From: Catajapyx aquilonaris
Taxonomy: Eukaryota
Length of the DNA stretch: 30,875 nt
Reading direction: 5' to 3'
NCBI GenBank assembly: GCA_000934665.2
Contig: KZ538250.1
Coordinates: 62,001-92,875, forward strand
Within the stretch, counting starts at the first letter, position 1, and each line of letters opens with the position of its first letter. The position numbers and the translations under genes were made by a program. A model generated the notes under the pieces. It worked only from the letters and a program-made list of their open reading frames with translations. It was not told the origin of the DNA and did not search any database. Below are positions 24,647 through 30,875 of the stretch, piece by piece.

Positions 24647-24974
24647 GGGGAGACGGAGTGGCGCCGCGGTAACGCGCGCGCCCACGGAAGTTAAGGTCCC
24701 GGGTTCAATCCCCACCCGGGGTTCCCACCTTCTTTCGTGCAGAGTTGGGCCATCTCTGGCTTCGTTTCGGGTGGCAATTTCCGACAGACTAAGCCACCCG
24801 GGGGAGTTCACAAAATGACGATTAGAGACATTGCACTTGCACTTTGCNNNNNNNNNNNNNNNNNNNNNNNNNNNNNNNNNNNNNNNNNNNNNNNNNNNNN
24901 NNNCCCCCCCCCCCCCCCCCCCTAAGGAGTACGTAACTCCCCCCGTGGGGTAATGAAAAAAAAAAAAAAAAAAA
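24647..24974 (+). mobile_element. Full-length tRNA-derived SINE (family B) interrupted by an assembly gap
   Basis: A box-like TGGCGCCGCGG (24659-24669), B box GGTTCAATCCC (24702-24712) and a pure poly(A) tail from 24956. Perfect 13-bp TSD AACAGTCTTTTGC at 24634-24646 and 24975-24987. Confidence 0.9.
24848..24903. other. Assembly gap (56 N) abutting a poly-C tract inside SINE B
   Basis: Run of n characters followed by C19. Confidence 0.99.
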
Positions 24975-27916
24975 AACAGTCTTTTGCCTATCATTGGTTT
25001 CGAGTGGATATAGGGCCGTTTATTTTGTAGACACAATGTTTCAAGGGTAACCAATGGGATCATTAAGGATATAAACGTAAAAATTACAGCAGAAAAACCC
25101 CATATTCCAGAGTATAGTCCAGGATCCTATTAGGCTGTTCAGTCACGAGCTGAATATGTGTTGCATGCTCAGCACGTAATAAAAACACGCCGGTCTGCCT
25201 CACTTGGATTATTCTTTCAGATTCGGTTCCGGCAGATTACGTGTTTGCTTCGATGGAAGGCATGGTGAACATAATATCGGGAATGGGGCCAAGTTATCTG
25301 ATTTTTCTATATTGATGTTCATCGCCTGAAAGTTTGTCACATCACTTGGACATATTGATTCTTTTCGTCACGTTGCACGAGATCGGCATTAAATTTGCAC
25401 CCACCCACCTGCTGAGTCGATTGCCAGGTCGTACCGAACCTGTCTAAGTTGAACTATTTTTCACGAGAGACCTAATGCATATTTCATAGAGTAGTCACTC
25501 ATTGACGTTGTCTTCGAGGCCGAATTTTGACTTTTTGACAACCATAACTGGATCGCATTTTTGCGCCGGTCCCTGTGGCCAAGATTTGGAAACAATCTGC
25601 ATATATCGGACCTCCTGGGCCAGATGTCCGGTACTGCAGTAGTGCCTATCCAGAGCGAGACGAAAAATAGTGTGGTTAGAATCCAATGATCAGCAGGCTT
25701 TTAGCTCTCTCTCGAAATGTAGGGCCAGCGGGCGTTCCAGCAAGCTGAGCGTCAATTTCCCAATGCGGAAACCAGCTGACATTTCCCAAAGCCTTCAACG
25801 ACGCTCCCAAACTTTCCATGCTAAGATATTAGGGGTACAGACTCTTGACCTCTGCTCTCCAAGTTTTCCAGACACGCTAAGCGATTATTGCAGTCAAATA
25901 TTTCATTTTCCCTTCAAGATCTCATACAGGAAAACTTCACTTGGGGAACATCTGAATTAGCCCAAGATTTGCTGAAATTAATGTACATGCACTTTTTGGG
26001 AATGATTGAATTTTGTATTGTGGTATAAAACGCTGTTCAATTCTGGATTAAAATATTTAACCACTCACTGCTATTGTGCAACAATTTTATCACAGGGTTT
26101 GCCATCAACACTGTCGTGCTGTCCACATTTTCAACACAGTCTGGGGAGGAAATTTTCAGCTTGTTAGAAAAAATTCGTCGTTGACCCATGTGACACCTTG
26201 TGAGTCGAGACAGTGAAAAATGTGATAATGGAAATTCGACCATTCATAATATGATGGGATGATGTGGTCATTTCAATAAGGAAAATTAAATGATCATATT
26301 CCAACCATTACTTTGTTCATTCCAACTTTTCAATTTCATCGTTCCAACAATTTTCCACTGCCTCCACTTATGAGCAATCAGAGCCGTGTTTACGAATAAG
26401 GCCTAGCTTGCATATTCTCTTTTTATCGTAATATAATAAGCACCAATAGGATTCAATATTGCAGAGCAAAGGACTCCTCACTCCTGCATTCTCGAGCCAT
26501 ACGCAGTAAAGGATTATATAAGCGCTACAATGGGACTCGCAGAACATGTAATAACCGCACAGGATGAGATAGGGCAGACGTTATAGGTGATCCATCGATG
26601 TGGAAAGAAAGAGCCGAAAAAAGTGAAGGAGAGTAACGGGGAAACGAGATGGACTCGTAAAATCCTGAGCGGTAAAAACGAGCGAGGGTCTGAGAATCCC
26701 TCCAACGTTATGACTAGGCAAGTGCACCATTCGGATGTCGGTCTCAGCCACCTAACCCCCCAAACCTCTACCTACACCATACCGTACCGTGCCATCTTGC
26801 GTCTACAATAGGCGACCTCAAAAACTTTGGTCGGCAGATGCTGTCACTCACTACTCAAAAATCTTCCTTTCCGAAGGTTTTTAGGAGCCAGAGAAGGAAA
26901 AGTGGTGTTCAAGTTGTGGTAGTCATATCGTGTGCGAGCGAGGAGCTGATGTTCCCCTGACGTCAGCTGCGGGCTAGAGTCCGGAGGCTGCAGTCTGGTC
27001 CCAGTACACGGACCTGGAGTCTTTTTCCATTCGGTTCTAACGTTCCAGCAAAAATAAGGTTGCTGCATGACCTGCGGTACCAGTCATTTAAATACAACTT
27101 GAAAGTGTGACGCCGTCTTCAAATACTTCCAGAAACTATTCGTTCAATAATGAATTATTTATTTTTCTGTTCGGCGGACACTAGCCTACATGTGCAACAT
27201 GGCGGGGATGAAATATTGATGAGAGGAGGTGAAAAAGGGAAGAGGAAGGTATCTCTAGAGGGTTTGTAGGAAGGGGGGGGAGGAGCTCTCTCTTTTGGCC
27301 GGACAAACGAATGGAAGGCGGGGAAGAAACAGACTGGCCATTTTGCTTCAGTCTCCCAACCCATCTGGGATTACGTTTCTAATTTTCCTCCTCTCAGTAT
27401 GAATTATTAGAGGAGTCAGTAGCACCAGCTGCATCCGATAATATGGCGGTATAGGAGGAAGAATGATGCCGTTTGTTTCGCTTCTAAGCATTTGTATCGG
27501 ATTTCTTTGATTCGGACGTGACATAGCTGCCCTTTACTATCATGCCAACTGACTTGACGAGTGGCTCGTACTGTTGTCGGTTTTTCTCTGAGGAGTAACT
27601 ACTAAGCTACTGATAGTCTTTTCTAGCTGTAGTAATGTTTTAATGGTGCCAATTCAAGCATTTTCCTTTACCATATGCTATATTATTTCAATGAACTCGT
27701 CTTCATTACACAAAATTAAGCTAACAACTAGATACAACTAGAAGTCATAGAAAAATTGTTTGCATCATATTGGACATGTCTATTTTCGGCCTAAGGGGAA
27801 ATGGACGCGTCAGATCTGGCTTGGAGGGTGGCCATAATGGTTGGTCTTCATGTACTGTACACCTGCCTCACCTAAAAGGATAAATTATCAAGGACGGACC
27901 CGGGAAAACTACCTAC

Positions 27917-28155
27917 AGGCCGCTTCACAAACTCGGCGTTGCGAAAGCGGGGCGAAATGCCCGTTTTACAAACCCGGATTTGCGCGAGCGGGGCGTACGG
28001 AGAGCGGAAAATTTGCGAAGGGCTATTCACAAATGCTGCGTGCGATGACCGAGCGCGGGCGTTGCGCTGGCGTCCAATCGGGTGGACTTTCTGCGTGCGA
28101 TGAGCGTAAGACCCACACGCCACGCTTTCGCAACGCCGAGTTTGTGAAGCGGCCT
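27917..28155. mobile_element. MITE, probably PIF/Harbinger (Tourist-like), 239 bp
   Basis: Perfect 33-bp TIR AGGCCGCTTCACAAACTCGGCGTTGCGAAAGCG (27917-27949, inverse at 28123-28155), extending further with one mismatch. A 3-bp direct repeat TAC flanks both sides. The interior is CpG-rich and non-coding. Confidence 0.9.
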
Positions 28156-30875
28156 TACCACCAAAACTGCGACATACCAAAATAATGACTGGATATTAGA
28201 CTAACTTGTTCAATCGGCCATATGGACAAAAGACTAATGGCGTACTATGGAGTTATCAGAAGGAAGAGGGAGCGGTCAGTTGAGTTCAACAGATGTTATC
28301 AGTCATCGTCAGGCCACCGGTGGAAAAGGACGCTCTCACACCACTTCTGTATTGCAGTACTTTACATAAGCCCATAAGGTTAGTATGTTTCGGCCTTATA
28401 TTTTTTAACGTGGGAAGGAAGTCATGGGAATGATTGAACAGTAAGCATACGTAACATACATATTTCGTAAGAAATATGTAATCATGGCATGGGTGACTGC
28501 AATCTAACAACGTAAGTCCATCACAGAAGGGCAAGCTCAGACTGGAGGTTCATGGATATTATTATTTTGTGTGCCTAAAAGAGAGATGCCGTGCAGGTAC
28601 GATCTATAATGTCGGTGTTTTGGTGGTACATTGTATTATGACCCAGACCGACAGATCCATCAAGGGGTAGCCTGTATATTGATTCTAGCTGATATTTAGC
28701 TCTTTTTAAAATCCATCTAACTTCATGTCAGGTGTGGAGAAACCGGGAGAAACCCCCTTCTTCTAAAAAAAAAAGGTACCGCATATACCATAACTCTGTT
28801 ACACACCTTTCCCGGACTCACTTTTTTCAAGTCGGTAAGCGAAAGTCTCCAAGTCAAGGTTTCCCATGTAACATGACCAGCCAATCGTATCAAAGAGTGA
28901 GAACTAACTTATGTGAAGTTAAATAAAAGACTTTACACAAAGTCGACATTACGGCTCACTTGGCACTGTTACCAATTAGAGCTCATGAAGTCATTGTTGA
29001 GGTTGGCAACACTGGTCCACGTAGTGACCTGATCGGCTCGAGGGGTTATTCACGTACATTTTTTGCGTACACGCACTACCCACTACCGGACTACTCGGAC
29101 TACCCGGATAGTCCAGGCTGGTATGCATGGAGTCCCCAATATTCTTGCGTATGTATCTGTATTGTTGAATTTTTTAAATATTTTATTATAAAACGGAAAT
29201 TAATCGGGAAGTCCTATGTGACTATGGGGGACTCGCGTGTGTTTCCCCCGGCGCGGCGGTGCAGCGGTCACCTCAAGGGCACTTTGTTCCCGTCCCATAT
29301 CAATCTTTGATCTGTGTCGTAAAATTATTATTAATAGTAATCATTACAATTTTTGAATACTAATTTGACCCCGAACTTGCAATGTTGATCAGGTCTGATG
29401 CGACACCTTAGTCGGAAACTAGGTAAAGTTAGACTAAGGACGGGGTAGTTTTTTATATACTTGTACTTGTGTGGTTTAAGTTAAATTCGTGTTCAGGTAT
29501 AAATATTTAAAAAATCGAGACATAGGTAATCCATCCTAACTCAAATCAATCGCTCGAGGCAATCGCTAGTCTGTGTTACTGACAATTAAAGCCAACGACT
29601 GGACCATTCCTATATTCAGGAAGGGGATTACAAGCTTGTGCCAGTCCCCATAGCAAAGTTACAATGTGACCCAAATATGATGGGGCCTTTCCGATCAACG
29701 TGTATAGTTATGATGATTGCAATCCCTTTTGAAGGGTTAAATTCCCGCCTAAACCATTTACAACTCAATCGAAGGGGGCTTGGAAAACTGCTTATTTGGT
29801 GATGGTTCACCTGTGTGGACCGTATGTTTCTTAGTAGTTGTAGCTACCACTTCACTTCTAGCGTTGAAAGAGCTAGATTAAAGCATCTCGAAGGACAAAG
29901 GCACATTGTTTCCCAACATAAGAGATAGGACTAGCGTTTTCCTACCAGGCTACCGTGCGCATGTAGGCTTGTGGGGAAAAAATCCCCTAAAATAGCAATA
30001 ATAGGCCATGGGGCTACATATATAGGCCGGCAAGCCTTTGGGGAGAACCAAATGTAAATATTGCCAAAGTACCCAATAAAAGCCCCCATCGAACACCGAG
30101 GGTATAAATTTGAAAATTCGGGCTGCGCATCAGCAAGTTCCAAATATTGTCTACCTATACCTTATAAGGTATAGTCACGCGCATTTGGAGTAAGTATAGC
30201 ATTAAGTGCCTATTTCTCACTCCGTGCAGTACATACGGGGGGCATTCTGAAAGTACGCGACTTTTCCATGAAAAAAGAGGTACTGTATGCAAGCAGTGAT
30301 ATTTTATTTTTCAATATAGTCCTTTTGTATGTTGATTCACTTGGTCCAGAGTTCACAACTTAAATTGACGGCATACGCAAATATTCATTGTTATAATATT
30401 TATACAATATGACAAGGTGAGTTCACATATTCGCGAGTAAACACTTGCGAGCGAATTTTCTGTTTCGCTTTTTCGCGTCTTTTACGTCACGAAGAGTGCG
30501 AATTTTTGTACAAATTTTAGAGCATTCACGTATCCGCGATTTTACGACGCGAATTTCAGCCCTGCCTCAAGGCCCGATGGGAGAACAAGAGACGGTCGGA
30601 ATGCGCGGGTTTCACCCGGCGGATGCATAATTTCCAAATACACATAGTTCACCCAGGGCGCTCCGAATCCAAGAGCTTCGGCATTTGCCGCCAGGTGGCT
30701 GCAAATAAAAGCGAAGAAAATAAGGGTTTTGCGATGGCGCTCGTAGCACATACTTATAATTTTAACAGCAATCATTTTGCCCGCTATTATGGGCAGCATA
30801 TTGACCATAATATATGAAACTTAATAATTATTATTATGTCTTTGCGCGGCAGATTTGAATGCGCCAAGACTGATT

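Noticed and set aside
25690..25830. Minus-strand peptide WKVWERR*RL...GFRIGK resembling a LINE reverse transcriptase segment
   Set aside because: Short, with wrong spacing and no flanking RT motifs (D..KAFD, QG, YADD).
26957..26966. Perfect CRE palindrome TGACGTCA
   Set aside because: One 8-mer is unsurprising by chance in 31 kb, and there is no promoter context.
26850..27075. Possible minus-strand exon (ccgcAG ... GTGAGT)
   Set aside because: No polypyrimidine tract, an unrecognisable peptide and no partner exons.
29075..29114. Short CTACCCGGA-like tandem repeat giving YPLPDYSDYPD
   Set aside because: Three to four degenerate units; local slippage explains it.

Overview
Eukaryotic, intron- and repeat-rich animal DNA. 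It is probably an invertebrate, most likely an arthropod, judging from the FAM20C C-terminal sequence. There is no operon structure, CRISPR array or rRNA. The only confidently functional coding sequence is the terminal exon of a FAM20C-family Golgi/secretory kinase (11547-11739, +). It is preceded by more than 11.5 kb of apparent intron and followed by a probable 3' UTR of about 3.3 kb that ends at an ATTAAA pair near 14980-15000. Downstream lie a decayed SPOP/roadkill-like BTB pseudogene (-), two intact tRNA-derived SINEs with perfect target-site duplications, and several MITEs (PIF/Harbinger-like, hAT/P-like, Tc1/mariner-like). Most listed ORFs look like chance frames. The most unusual items are a well-paired tRNA-like cloverleaf with a non-standard GGG anticodon loop in sense within the predicted FAM20C 3' UTR, and two SINEs that share head and tail architecture but have unrelated bodies. 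I did not find a clearly novel biological system. All family assignments come from reading the sequence and remembered motifs; no database search was run.
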